DNA of 64,000 nt from Candidatus Poribacteria bacterium (GTDB taxonomy: Bacteria; Poribacteria; WGA-4E; PCPOR2b): contig OZ242326.1 in the NCBI GenBank assembly GCA_965208325.1, positions 288,001 to 352,000 on the forward strand, given 5' to 3'. This document shows, in pieces, positions 17,768 through 27,397 of this stretch; position 1 is the stretch's first letter; the number at the start of each line of letters is the position of its first letter. Made by a program: the position numbers and the translations under genes. The notes under the pieces were generated by a model. That model had not been told where the DNA came from. It saw only the letters and a list, made by a program, of their open reading frames with translations, and did no database searches.

Positions 17768-19186
17768 TCATTCCCCAACTAAGCGTTGCATCAACACTTT
17801 GCGTGTTATGGGTTGAGTGAAATCCATGAGGTAAATTTGGAAGACATCGCTTCGGTCCGAAACAAATGCAAGTTTTGTACCGTCGGGCGAGAGTGCGGGT
17901 TGCATGGAGACACCGATACCGTTTGTAATACGCCGCTCGTTAGTTCCATCGGCATCCATCATGTAAATCTCCATATCTCCGTCCCGGGCCGACACAAAGA
18001 CAATCGTTCTCCCGTCTGCCGACACGACAGGGCTATAACAGTCGTAAGGATTTGGGTTAAGACGCATTTCGCCGCTTCCATCTAGGTGTATTGTGTAAAT
18101 CTGGTGCACTCTTTCGCGCCAGTGACCTCGTGAAGATACAAATGCAATCCGTTCCCCGTCGGGAAAGAAACTCGGGCTGCCGTCGTCCACTTCGTTATGC
18201 GTAACGGGACTTGATTCAATCTCGTCTGAATCAATGGTTTCAAGGTCTATACCCCTAAGGTCTAGTAAATACAGTTCCAGATTGCCCTCGCGGTTGGATT
18301 CGTAAACCACTCGCCGACGGTCGGCCGATACACATGGCGCGCGAACACCGAAGCCCACAGGTAGCAGTTCCCGTGTCACTTTGCTGAAAATGTGAGTCAC
18401 AGAAAAACCGGCATACGTCTTCGTTGAACCGCTGCTTTGGAGCAAGAGTTTTACTTCTCGAGTGGTTCTCGGTTCACGGCTGTAAAGAAGATAATGTGGA
18501 TTACTAAGGAACACCGGAGAGCTCTCATTAAAGTCAGCGGTGTAAGTGACCCGCTGGAGGATACGTCCATTAAGGTTCATTAGATAGATGTCGCCGCTAT
18601 CTGCTCGATACGAAGCAAAAGCGATTTGCGAACCATCCGGTGAAAATGCTGGCGAATAGCTGTCTTTTTCTCCATTTGTGAGTTGTGTTACGCTGTAGGA
18701 ATCCCCCACCAACCAACCGACTTCTTGTAATATCAAGTTGTCTGATGTAGATTTCACAATTGCCCGCAATTCATTAAATTCCGATCGTCGATCGCCCAAT
18801 TTGAGGTAGGTTTTTGCCAATCGTAGACGGGCTTGCACTCGCAGTTCCGGTTGCGCCGAATATAGATTAACCGCTATTTTCCAGTGTGCAATTGCTTCAT
18901 CGTACCGTCCTAACCCTTCATGAGCCGTTCCGAGCAGGTCGTGCACCCTAGGATTTCGCCTATCCCCGTCCAGAGTAACTTCCAATAGTTCGATTGCCTC
19001 TTGGTACTTGCCTGAACGAATGTGTTCTTCAATATGTTGAAGAGATTTATCCTCTCCAGCGCAGCCTATGGCGAAGACAACAAACATCAATGCAATCTGT
19101 AGTGTGTTACTTCTTATGTGTGAAACGTAATGCGTAGTACCTAATGCGTAATACGTAAATCGTAATTTTTGCTGTAAATTGTACAT
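17768..19186 (-). CDS. TPR plus PD40 (TolB-like) beta-propeller lipoprotein
   Basis: Lipobox-like FAIGC, TPRs, then repeated PAFSPDGSQIAF, PSFFPDGERIAFVS and PALSPDGTKLAFVS. Start uncertain (19255, 19186 or 19087). Confidence 0.85.
   Translation of the reverse strand: MYNLQQKLRFTYYALGTTHYVSHIRSNTLQIALMFVVFAIGCAGEDKSLQHIEEHIRSGKYQEAIELLEVTLDGDRRNPRVHDLLGTAHEGLGRYDEAIAHWKIAVNLYSAQPELRVQARLRLAKTYLKLGDRRSEFNELRAIVKSTSDNLILQEVGWLVGDSYSVTQLTNGEKDSYSPAFSPDGSQIAFASYRADSGDIYLMNLNGRILQRVTYTADFNESSPVFLSNPHYLLYSREPRTTREVKLLLQSSGSTKTYAGFSVTHIFSKVTRELLPVGFGVRAPCVSADRRRVVYESNREGNLELYLLDLRGIDLETIDSDEIESSPVTHNEVDDGSPSFFPDGERIAFVSSRGHWRERVHQIYTIHLDGSGEMRLNPNPYDCYSPVVSADGRTIVFVSARDGDMEIYMMDADGTNERRITNGIGVSMQPALSPDGTKLAFVSDRSDVFQIYLMDFTQPITRKVLMQRLVGE
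19121..19162 (-). repeat. Six imperfect heptamers (consensus CGCATTA on the minus strand) in the 5' region of the TolB-like gene
   Basis: Plus strand reads tgaaacg taatgcg tagtacc taatgcg taatacg taaatcg, the same family as 15085-15126. Confidence 0.7.
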
Positions 19187-19384
19187 ATGGGGAAATAGGC
19201 GACTTTCAACGCGTCGCAATTGGGCATCTCGAATGCTAAATCTAATGTGACGCATTGGTGTTGTTGCTGCGTGAAAGCAGTTCGCGATTACTGATGTTCA
19301 CCCTATGGGTTCAAGCGCGGTGATTAACGAAAACACCGCTCAATCAATTCGTCCATATCGGGGTAGATGTAGCGCATATCTTGG

Positions 19385-20488
19385 TCACTTAATCCATCCG
19401 CCGCCGATTACGATGTCTCCGTCGTAGAACACCGCAGCTTGCCCCGGCGTAACAGCGCGGCGCGGCTGATCAAACTTGACCTCAGCTTCTGTTTCGCTCA
19501 GCGGAGTAATTTTCGCCGGCGCCCCTTCATCCTTGGAACGGATTTTTACCAGAGCATTGATCGGCGCTGTAAGGGTTTCCACTCCAACGAGATTCATCCG
19601 CTCAACCCGCAGGCTATCCCGCAATAGCGACGCTGCCTCACCGACAATAATAGTGTTGTCGGTAACGTTTACCTCGGTGACATATAGCGGGGTCCCGGTT
19701 GCTATACCTAATCCCCGGCGTTGCCCAACTGTGTAGAAAGGCAACCCGTGATGTTTGCCGAGCACTATGCCGTCTTCATCAACAATGTCTCCATCCGGTA
19801 TATTATCAGTGGCACAATCCTTTAAGAAACGTCTATAGTTCCCATCTTCGATGAAGCACAACTCCTGACTCTCCATTTTTTCCGCACTTCGCAGTTTGTA
19901 TTTTCGCGCAATTTCCCTCACCTGGTTTTTCGTGTACCCACCGAGCGGCATGCGTGACTGGCTCAACTGTTTCTGCGTTAAGGCAAACAAAAAATATGAT
20001 TGATCTTTCCGGGAATCCACTCCCTTTTTGAGGATGTAGCGTCCGGTGTCGCGGTTCTGTTCAATTTTGGCATAATGCCCGGTGGCAATGTAATCCGCCT
20101 CCAGATTCGCCGCAAGACTGAGGAGTTTCCCGAACTTCACCTCACGATTACAAACCACGCATGGATTCGGCGTCCGTCCGGAAAGGTATTCCTTGACGAA
20201 GTAATCAATGACGTTTTGGCGAAACTGCTCCTCATAATTCACCGCGTAGAAAGGTATACCTAACTTCATGGCAACGCGTCGTGCATCGTCTATTACATCG
20301 GGAGAAATGCAATTTGGTTTATCGGTCTCCACGTCCATCTTATCTAGGGAGCCGAGTCGCATTGTTACTCCGATAACGTCGAATCCAGCTTCAACCAACA
20401 ATGCTGTGCTGACGGAACTGTCAACACCCCCGCTCATTGCGGCGACAATTCTCACTTTATCGGCAGAATCAGATTTGGATTTGGACAT
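19385..20488 (-). CDS. mnmA: tRNA-specific 2-thiouridylase MnmA
   Basis: SGGVDS, TPNPCVVCN, ATGHYA, KDQSYFL, ESQELCF, YTVGQRRGLG and VTPGQAAVFY. Confidence 0.97.
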   Translation of the reverse strand: MSKSKSDSADKVRIVAAMSGGVDSSVSTALLVEAGFDVIGVTMRLGSLDKMDVETDKPNCISPDVIDDARRVAMKLGIPFYAVNYEEQFRQNVIDYFVKEYLSGRTPNPCVVCNREVKFGKLLSLAANLEADYIATGHYAKIEQNRDTGRYILKKGVDSRKDQSYFLFALTQKQLSQSRMPLGGYTKNQVREIARKYKLRSAEKMESQELCFIEDGNYRRFLKDCATDNIPDGDIVDEDGIVLGKHHGLPFYTVGQRRGLGIATGTPLYVTEVNVTDNTIIVGEAASLLRDSLRVERMNLVGVETLTAPINALVKIRSKDEGAPAKITPLSETEAEVKFDQPRRAVTPGQAAVFYDGDIVIGGGWIK

Positions 20489-20575
20489 AACAAACGCAAT
20501 GGTACCCAGGGATTTTTGGGAGAGGAAATTAATAACTTAGCGATTCGATTGATGACGGTGAGTTAACTGCAATGT

Positions 20576-22306
20576 TCAACACGCCCCACATTTTTTGCAC
20601 ACGACTGTATCGCACGAACTCGTCATGAATCCCTTCTGATGCTTGTTGTGTTCCAGTCGCAAGAATTCTGGCATGACATTTAGGTCCAGGTGACTCCACG
20701 GATGGCGCTCGTCGATTAATCGAGGGCGCAGCGCATAGAAGTCAGGGTCCAAACCGTGATTTTTAAAGGCTTGTTTCCATGCCGTGCCTCTTGAGAGATC
20801 TAGTATCACTGGACCAAGCCGTCGATCACCGCGTGCAAAAACCGCCTCCTGATAAGCGAGCCGAGCGCTTGCTGACGATACCTTCATTCCACCCAAGCGG
20901 CCTATCTCGGTTTTCAGAAATGCCAGTTTTCGAGAAATTGTTTTTGAATCCTCCATTGCTACCCACTGGAATGGGGTGTGCGGTTTGGGAACCATAGGGG
21001 AAATCGTATAGCTAATTCGCGCCATTCGTCCACATCTTTTTGCATGAGGCAGCAGGATGGATCGCATTTCCGTTGCCATGTCCACAATAGCTTCAACATC
21101 ACGTAAGGTTTCGTAAGGTACGCCAATGAGGAAATATAGGCGGAGGTTTAGAATGTTTCGCTTTAATGCCTCTTCAAATACGTGATACAGTCGTTCGCGC
21201 GGAATTGCTTTATTTACAACCTTTTGAAGATTATCGGTGGCGACTTCCGGGGCAATAGTGATTGTACCTTGTTCGCTTTCAGCGAGTGCGTCTAGCAATG
21301 GTGCCCGAACGGTTTCCGCGCGGAGCGAAGCGCAAGAGATGCGAAACCCTCGATTTACCAAGCCCGTAGCGATTTCATCAATCTGTGGATGATCGGAAAT
21401 CGAGGCACCAACTAAGCCAATGCGGTTGGTGATGCCGCTTGCCTGCTCCGCAAGTTGCAACGTGTTTTCAACAGAGCGGTGTCGAGGCCAACGCCGTGCG
21501 TAGTCAGCAACACAGAATCGGCATTGGCGTCCGCAGCCTCGCACAATCTCAATCAGATGGGCATTGGAAAACTCTGTTTCAGGGGTGAAAATTTTGGTGC
21601 AGGTTTCAGCGTTATCAAGGTTGGAAATGGCGGCGGCCGTTACTTTTTCTGAAGCAGGGGATTTTGAGTGGATATTTTCGATTGTGCCGTCACTCTTGTA
21701 GCGGACTTGGTAGAATTGGGGGACATAAATTCCAGGTTCGCTCGCAAGTGTGTGCAATAGGTCTGCTTTGGACGCTTTACTTGCTTTCCACTCCACGAAT
21801 CTATCCATTAGATGCTGGATAGAATTTTCAGCTTCACCGACCACGAAGACATCAATAAAATCTGTAATGGGTTCGGGATTATAAGCGATATTAATGCCGC
21901 CCGCAATTATCAGAGGGTGGGTTTGATCTCTATCAACGGCAAGCGGCGGGATTTTGGCAATCTCTAGGGCGAGGGGAATATTGACATAATCCGACTCAAA
22001 TGAAACGGAAAACCCAACCAGATCAAATTCGTTCAATCGAGTCTGGGTTTCAAAAGAAAAGAGAGAAGTCCCGCTCCGTCTGAGTTCATGGAGGGTAGGT
22101 GCTTCGGGAATGAATGCCCGCTCACAAGCCGTGTCATCCCGGTGGTTCAATGTGTCGTAAATAACTTGCACCCCAAGACTGGACATCCCGAGGTAATACG
22201 TGCTGGGATAAACTAAGGCGAATCGCACCGGCTTCCGGTAGTTGAAGCGCGGACGATGCTCTCTATCCAGCAAATTTCTGTACGTTTGGCGCAAGTCGCG
22301 TCGCAT
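20576..22306 (-). CDS. B12-binding-like radical SAM protein (TIGR03960/YgiQ-like)
   Basis: YPSTYYLGMSSLG, RGCGRQCRFC, PKPHTPFQW and a C-terminal CxxxxCxxCxxC. Confidence 0.88.
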   Translation of the reverse strand: MRRDLRQTYRNLLDREHRPRFNYRKPVRFALVYPSTYYLGMSSLGVQVIYDTLNHRDDTACERAFIPEAPTLHELRRSGTSLFSFETQTRLNEFDLVGFSVSFESDYVNIPLALEIAKIPPLAVDRDQTHPLIIAGGINIAYNPEPITDFIDVFVVGEAENSIQHLMDRFVEWKASKASKADLLHTLASEPGIYVPQFYQVRYKSDGTIENIHSKSPASEKVTAAAISNLDNAETCTKIFTPETEFSNAHLIEIVRGCGRQCRFCVADYARRWPRHRSVENTLQLAEQASGITNRIGLVGASISDHPQIDEIATGLVNRGFRISCASLRAETVRAPLLDALAESEQGTITIAPEVATDNLQKVVNKAIPRERLYHVFEEALKRNILNLRLYFLIGVPYETLRDVEAIVDMATEMRSILLPHAKRCGRMARISYTISPMVPKPHTPFQWVAMEDSKTISRKLAFLKTEIGRLGGMKVSSASARLAYQEAVFARGDRRLGPVILDLSRGTAWKQAFKNHGLDPDFYALRPRLIDERHPWSHLDLNVMPEFLRLEHNKHQKGFMTSSCDTVVCKKCGAC

Positions 22307-22337
22307 GCTAATCGCATCTACTTAGCGTTAAAATTCC

Positions 22338-23522
22338 TTACTTTTTGTCCTTTGAGCCCCGCAACCGAATGAATGTCGGTACATCCCACTGATCCTCGGT
22401 GTTTTCTGAAGCCTCCGGTTTTACCTGTTTGCCAGTGCCCTGCTGATTCGCACGCTCTTGTTCGGATCGTTGGTTCTTGCCAACGAGAAACTTCTCAAAA
22501 TCAATTACGTCGCCATCCCTTGGAACGGTCTGCATCCCGGCTTTTATGTTTGAGTTGAATCCTGTAGCGATCACAGTTACCCGGAGTTCATCTTCCAAAT
22601 CATCGTTGTAAGCAAGCCCAAAAATCAATTGGTCTGTGTCTGACGCATCTCTAATTACATCCATGGCGCCCTCTAACTCATGCATCATCATATCAGAGGG
22701 GCCCGTGATATTCACTATGATTCCCGATGCACCTTCAATGGAACTCTCTTCTAACAGTGGCGAGGAGATGGCGTGTTGTGCCGCAATCTGCGCACGGTTA
22801 TCTCCAGATGCAAAACCTATCCCCATTAACGCACCGCCAGAGTCAGACATTATCGTCTTGACATCAGCAAAATCAAGATTAATTTCACCCGGTACCATAA
22901 TAAGATCGGAGATGCTCTGGACTGCATGGAGTAGAATCTGATCGCCCATGCGAAAAGCCAAACGAATAGGTAGTTTCCGATCCACAACCTCCATCAGGCG
23001 TTGGTTGGGTATAACAATTACGGAATCCGCACATTCTTGGATGTTTTTTAGGCCGTCTTCAGCTTGGTTAGCTCGCTTGCTGCCCTCAAAATCAAATGGT
23101 CGCGTCATGACGCCGATAGTCAATGCCCCGCTTTCCTTGGCTAGGCTTGCAATCACGGGGGCTGCACCCGTTCCAGTTCCGCCTCCCATGCCGGCAGTCA
23201 CAAAAACCATGTCTGCCCCTTCAACGATGCTTTTCAGTTTATCTTTATCCTCTTCCGCAGCTTTACGTCCTTTTTCGGGATCAGCGCCTGCGCCAAGTCC
23301 GCTCGTCGTGTTAATGCCTACTTGCACCCTTGTTGTGTTATGGCATGTTCGCAGTGCTTGCAAATCTGTATTGACCACATAAAACTCTACGCCAGTCAAT
23401 TCTGCTTCAATCATGCGCTTTACTGCGTTACTTCCTCCACCGCCAACGCCAATAACTTTAATTTTCGCTAAATCTTCAAATTCATCCTGTTCAAATTCAA
23501 TCATGTTAATTTCGATTACCAT
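22338..23522 (-). CDS. ftsZ: Cell division protein FtsZ
   Basis: GVGGGGSNA, GMGGGTGTG, INLDFADV and C-terminal core DVPTFIR. The start may be the second ATG at 23504. Confidence 0.98.
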   Translation of the reverse strand: MVIEINMIEFEQDEFEDLAKIKVIGVGGGGSNAVKRMIEAELTGVEFYVVNTDLQALRTCHNTTRVQVGINTTSGLGAGADPEKGRKAAEEDKDKLKSIVEGADMVFVTAGMGGGTGTGAAPVIASLAKESGALTIGVMTRPFDFEGSKRANQAEDGLKNIQECADSVIVIPNQRLMEVVDRKLPIRLAFRMGDQILLHAVQSISDLIMVPGEINLDFADVKTIMSDSGGALMGIGFASGDNRAQIAAQHAISSPLLEESSIEGASGIIVNITGPSDMMMHELEGAMDVIRDASDTDQLIFGLAYNDDLEDELRVTVIATGFNSNIKAGMQTVPRDGDVIDFEKFLVGKNQRSEQERANQQGTGKQVKPEASENTEDQWDVPTFIRLRGSKDKK

Positions 23523-23735
23523 TTATCAATTTCAGTAATCTAATTCCTCCTTTGTCTTGCACCGCACGAGATTAATAAGACTTGTAAACATGCCGGATAA
23601 TGTAAATTGGCAAACAATAAGCTGTCGGAGTTTAAGAAATCATGCAGGCTTGAGGTCATTCCAGCCATGATTGGGTGAAAATCAGCGACTATCCCACAAC
23701 TAGACTGCTCCCCATCATACGGGAATACACTAGAG

Positions 23736-23764
23736 ATTATAAATTACTACTCAGTTAAAGTCAA
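23736..23764 (-). promoter_or_regulatory. Sigma70-type promoter upstream of ftsZ
   Basis: TTGACT-N17-TATAAT on the minus strand. Confidence 0.75.
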
Positions 23765-23784
23765 TGTTTTTTTTGATAATATGA

Positions 23785-24675
23785 CTAAGTTTTATTTTCC
23801 TTAAGGGGATTGGCTAATGTTTGGATTATATCAGTAAGGTCGTAAAAAGAACTTCGACTATCCGCAGCGTGATTCGCAGGGAGGTTTTCGTCAACAAAGC
23901 GGTATATGTCCGCAGCCCCAGCCAAAATTTTAGGGGTTAAACCGACCTGTGCGAATGTCGCCGAAATTTCCTCCATCTCAGCAATCCAACGATGAGATTT
24001 CGGCGGCATCATCGGTACGTTTCGTTCCATGCGTTCAAAAAGCATAGATTGGCTCATTTTAAGTTCGGTCTTGAGCGGATCTAAGACGCCCATGGCTTCC
24101 GCCGCGGTTAATAGTTCCGTGCAAAGTGCGGTCAACCCCTTGGTCAGCGATGCGTAGCACATCTTGATTGCCGAGGCTAGCCCGATTTCTTCGCCGAGAA
24201 GAATGACATCTAATCCGTACCGATTTAACGATTCAATCATGCGGGCGTCACGTCCTGATGCATAAAAACGTGTCGCACCAGACGTTCTGGGCGGAGGTCC
24301 GATAATTGATGCATCGACAAATCCCCCTCCCGCGTTTGTAATAATGCCCTCAATTCTGTGAACGGTCTCAGGGGAAACCGCATTGCAGTCGGCATAGACG
24401 AGATTCGTGTCGGTTTCGGCAAGTGCATTTGCGACTTTATTTGCAGCATTTACTGCCTGGCCAGGGGGGAGAATCGACAATATGACATCAGCGCCGCAAA
24501 TAAGCGCGTGATATGTTGGCACATCAACGATACCCGCGCGCGCAGAAAAGGTTCGCGTGCGTTTTCTCCTGCCCTGCAAACATGTAATCACATTCAAACC
24601 ATGTGAACCTAATACACGCCCCACGATATGCCCCATATCGCCAGGACTCAGAATTCCTATGGTTTTCAACAACAT
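23785..24675 (-). CDS. NAD(P)-dependent oxidoreductase (6-phosphogluconate/3-hydroxyisobutyrate dehydrogenase family, DUF1932)
   Basis: GILSPGDMG, DCNAVSP, DASIIGPPP, ASAIKMCYA and RWIAEMEEI. Confidence 0.88.
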   Translation of the reverse strand: MLLKTIGILSPGDMGHIVGRVLGSHGLNVITCLQGRRKRTRTFSARAGIVDVPTYHALICGADVILSILPPGQAVNAANKVANALAETDTNLVYADCNAVSPETVHRIEGIITNAGGGFVDASIIGPPPRTSGATRFYASGRDARMIESLNRYGLDVILLGEEIGLASAIKMCYASLTKGLTALCTELLTAAEAMGVLDPLKTELKMSQSMLFERMERNVPMMPPKSHRWIAEMEEISATFAQVGLTPKILAGAADIYRFVDENLPANHAADSRSSFYDLTDIIQTLANPLKENKT

Positions 24676-24736
24676 TAATCAATCTCCTCGTTCAATGTAT
24701 TTCATTCCGCTGGACAATTTGCCTTCTCGACGTTTT

Positions 24737-26242
24737 CTACAAATTGTATAGCTCTCCGTACTTTGTCCGCAGATAGCGAATATACGGCGCAATACTCAAC
24801 GTTCTGCCGGTAACTCGTTCGATAAGTTCAGGTGCGGCGTATTTTCGTCCGTGTTGGTATATGTTATCCCTAAGCCAACCATACAGGGTGCCAAACTCCG
24901 CAGCTTCGATTTGGTTCGTAATTTGCGGATGCGCATTCAAGGCGGTTTCGAAAAACTGCGCGCCCAGTATGTTTCCGAGTGTGTAACCTTGGAAATTACC
25001 GCCAATGACATCACAGAACCAATGTACATCTTGCAGCACGCCATCTCGGTCATCGGGTGGAACAATGCCCAGGTCAGCTTTGAATCGCTCTCGCCACGCC
25101 TCATGGAGATCGCGCACTTTCAGATTTCCCTCAAGTAAATCTAGCTCAAGGTCGAAGCGCATCATGACATGTAGGTTGTAGGTTACCTCGTCGGCATCTG
25201 TGCGGATAAGCGATCGCGTAACCTTGTTAATTGCACGGTAAAACGTCTCTAACGGCGTATGGTTGAGTTGTTGCGGGTATATTAGTTGAAGTTTGGGATA
25301 GAAAAACTTCCAGAAGTTTCTGCTGCGCCCAACGATATTCTCCCAAAGGCGAGATTGGCTTTCATGCACGCTTGCAGATGTTCCTCGCGCAAGCGGCGTA
25401 CCTTCAAGTTCCATTCCGATGCCTTGTTCATATAGCGCATGTCCCGCCTCGTGCATCGTGCTGAAAAGTGCTTCGCTCAGGTCATTTTCTCGAACCCTAG
25501 TCGTAATGCGGACATCACCTAGCGAGAATTTAGTCATAAATGGATGATGGGTTTTGTCTTGCCGTCCACGATTGAAGTCATATCCAAGTCGTTTGATGAC
25601 CTCAACGCCGAAATCTATTTGCTGCGGTTCAGGGTAGATTTGGCGCAAGCATGAATCATCTGCAGCAGGTTGACTCGTAATCGCCGTTACCATGGGTACA
25701 AGCTCCGCTCGCAACTCTGCAAATATGGTACGCACAATTGAAGCTTTCATGCCGCTATCTGCAAAGTCGATTAATGGGTCGGAGATGTGCTCGTACCCAG
25801 GGAAAAAGTCAGCCAATTGGCGGCTTAAATCCAGTGTTTTTTCAAGGTATGGTTGCACCGCGGTGAAATCATTTGCTGGTCTAGCCTTGGTCCATGCCTG
25901 ATAAGATTCAGACCCGTGGCTTGAGAGTTCAGCCACGAACGTCGGCGGTACTTTTATCGCTCGCTCATAGTCACACCGGGTAACGCGGATGAGACTTGCA
26001 TCGTCCGAATCATACGGTAAACTGTTTTCGGAGGACTGCAACTCTTCTAGTAATTGCCCTATTTTTGGGTCAATGAACTTCTCGTGTGCAAGGCGGCCAA
26101 GTGTAGCAATCTGGCGGGCTCGAGCATCGTCGCCGCGCGGCGGCATATAGGTTGATTGATCCCAATGAAGCAACGCGGCGGCAGAATTAAGATCGTTAAT
26201 TTCTGTCAGGTGGCATTTGAGTTTTTGTAGCTTGGATTCCAA
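24737..26242 (-). CDS. Carboxypeptidase, family M32 (Taq-type)
   Basis: HPF, DVRITTR, HEAGH, HESQS, IRTDAD and GVLQDVHW. Confidence 0.96.
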   Translation of the reverse strand: MESKLQKLKCHLTEINDLNSAAALLHWDQSTYMPPRGDDARARQIATLGRLAHEKFIDPKIGQLLEELQSSENSLPYDSDDASLIRVTRCDYERAIKVPPTFVAELSSHGSESYQAWTKARPANDFTAVQPYLEKTLDLSRQLADFFPGYEHISDPLIDFADSGMKASIVRTIFAELRAELVPMVTAITSQPAADDSCLRQIYPEPQQIDFGVEVIKRLGYDFNRGRQDKTHHPFMTKFSLGDVRITTRVRENDLSEALFSTMHEAGHALYEQGIGMELEGTPLARGTSASVHESQSRLWENIVGRSRNFWKFFYPKLQLIYPQQLNHTPLETFYRAINKVTRSLIRTDADEVTYNLHVMMRFDLELDLLEGNLKVRDLHEAWRERFKADLGIVPPDDRDGVLQDVHWFCDVIGGNFQGYTLGNILGAQFFETALNAHPQITNQIEAAEFGTLYGWLRDNIYQHGRKYAAPELIERVTGRTLSIAPYIRYLRTKYGELYNL

Positions 26243-26289
26243 GAATTTTGCCCCTCGCTAGGTTAGCGTTGTTGGGCTTCGGAATATAT

Positions 26290-27105
26290 TCAACCGATTC
26301 GTTCCGGGCAGCTATAGACTGTCATGTTTTTATCCCGCATGAAACCGATTAACATCATTCCACTCCCTCTCGCCAAGTCTACCGCCAAACTTGACGCTGC
26401 AGAAACCGCCGTGATTACTGGAATGCGGGCAAACAACGCTTTCTGGATAATCTCGAAACTTGCGCGGCCGCTCACCATAAGGATGTGCCTATCTAAAGGG
26501 ATTTGTTCGCTCAACAACGCTTGCCCAATTACCTTGTCTACTGCATTATGTCGACCAATATCTTCACGCGCAATTTGAAGCTCTCCTTGTGAATTAAACA
26601 GACCAGCAGCATGGAGCCCTCCCGTTTCAGCAAAAACAGTTTGGGCAGATTTGAGTTGTTCATTCAGTTTGTACAAGACAGTCCGTTCTATCTGAAACGA
26701 TGATTTAATCGGTGGAATTTCTTGCCAAACCGATTCAATAGTCATTTTGCCGCACAATCCGCAACTAGCGTTTGCATGAAAGTTGCGCTGCCAACTAGCC
26801 TCCTCGTCGAATACTTTCCCATCAACAAGATGTATATTTATGACGTTCCCCAGATTCGTCGCTCCCACATCCTCGCAGTATGCCATTGCCCCGATATCAT
26901 CGGCAGACTGGATTAGTCCTTCTGTGAATAAGAAACCTGCGCCCAGTTCGAAGTCATGCCCCGGCGTACGCATTACGACAATTAAGCTTTGATTCGCAAC
27001 GCGAATCTCAAGAGGTTCCTCTACGACCAATTGATCGTTGACCGAATTAGATTGAGAGTTACGCCAGCGTGTGACCAGTTCCGTTGTCGTTGGTTGTTGG
27101 CTCAT
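26290..27105 (-). CDS. fdhD: Formate dehydrogenase accessory sulfurtransferase FdhD
   Basis: MRTPGHD, SCGLCG, TGGLHAA, EDIGRHNAVDK and SGRAS. Confidence 0.95.
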   Translation of the reverse strand: MSQQPTTTELVTRWRNSQSNSVNDQLVVEEPLEIRVANQSLIVVMRTPGHDFELGAGFLFTEGLIQSADDIGAMAYCEDVGATNLGNVINIHLVDGKVFDEEASWQRNFHANASCGLCGKMTIESVWQEIPPIKSSFQIERTVLYKLNEQLKSAQTVFAETGGLHAAGLFNSQGELQIAREDIGRHNAVDKVIGQALLSEQIPLDRHILMVSGRASFEIIQKALFARIPVITAVSAASSLAVDLARGSGMMLIGFMRDKNMTVYSCPERIG

Positions 27106-27268
27106 GAATGGATTATTTTGGATTGGACAAGTGCCAATTGGCTAAACCTGAGCGGCTGTTTTACGGTGTTAATTTACATATATCCATCTAAATCATCGGA
27201 CACATTCACTGTACACGTTGAAAACGTGGGAGGACTGCCAAAGCACTGTACGCTAAACGTACCGGCAT

Positions 27269-27297
27269 ATTCTAGCACAACATTAATTTCCCGTCAA
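27269..27297 (-). promoter_or_regulatory. Sigma70-type promoter for fdhD (extended -10)
   Basis: TTGACG-N17-TAGAAT with a TGn extension. Confidence 0.7.
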
Positions 27298-27325
27298 CGG
27301 CGTATGTCTTCGATATGAAATGGAC

Positions 27326-27354
27326 TTGACAGGCAAATGCTCGCTTCATATAAT
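27326..27354 (+). promoter_or_regulatory. Perfect-consensus sigma70 promoter for lpdA
   Basis: TTGACA-N17-TATAAT. Confidence 0.85.
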
Positions 27355-27397
27355 AACCGATGCGTAGCGAATTTTATCTTCTCAATGGGAGGGAAGG

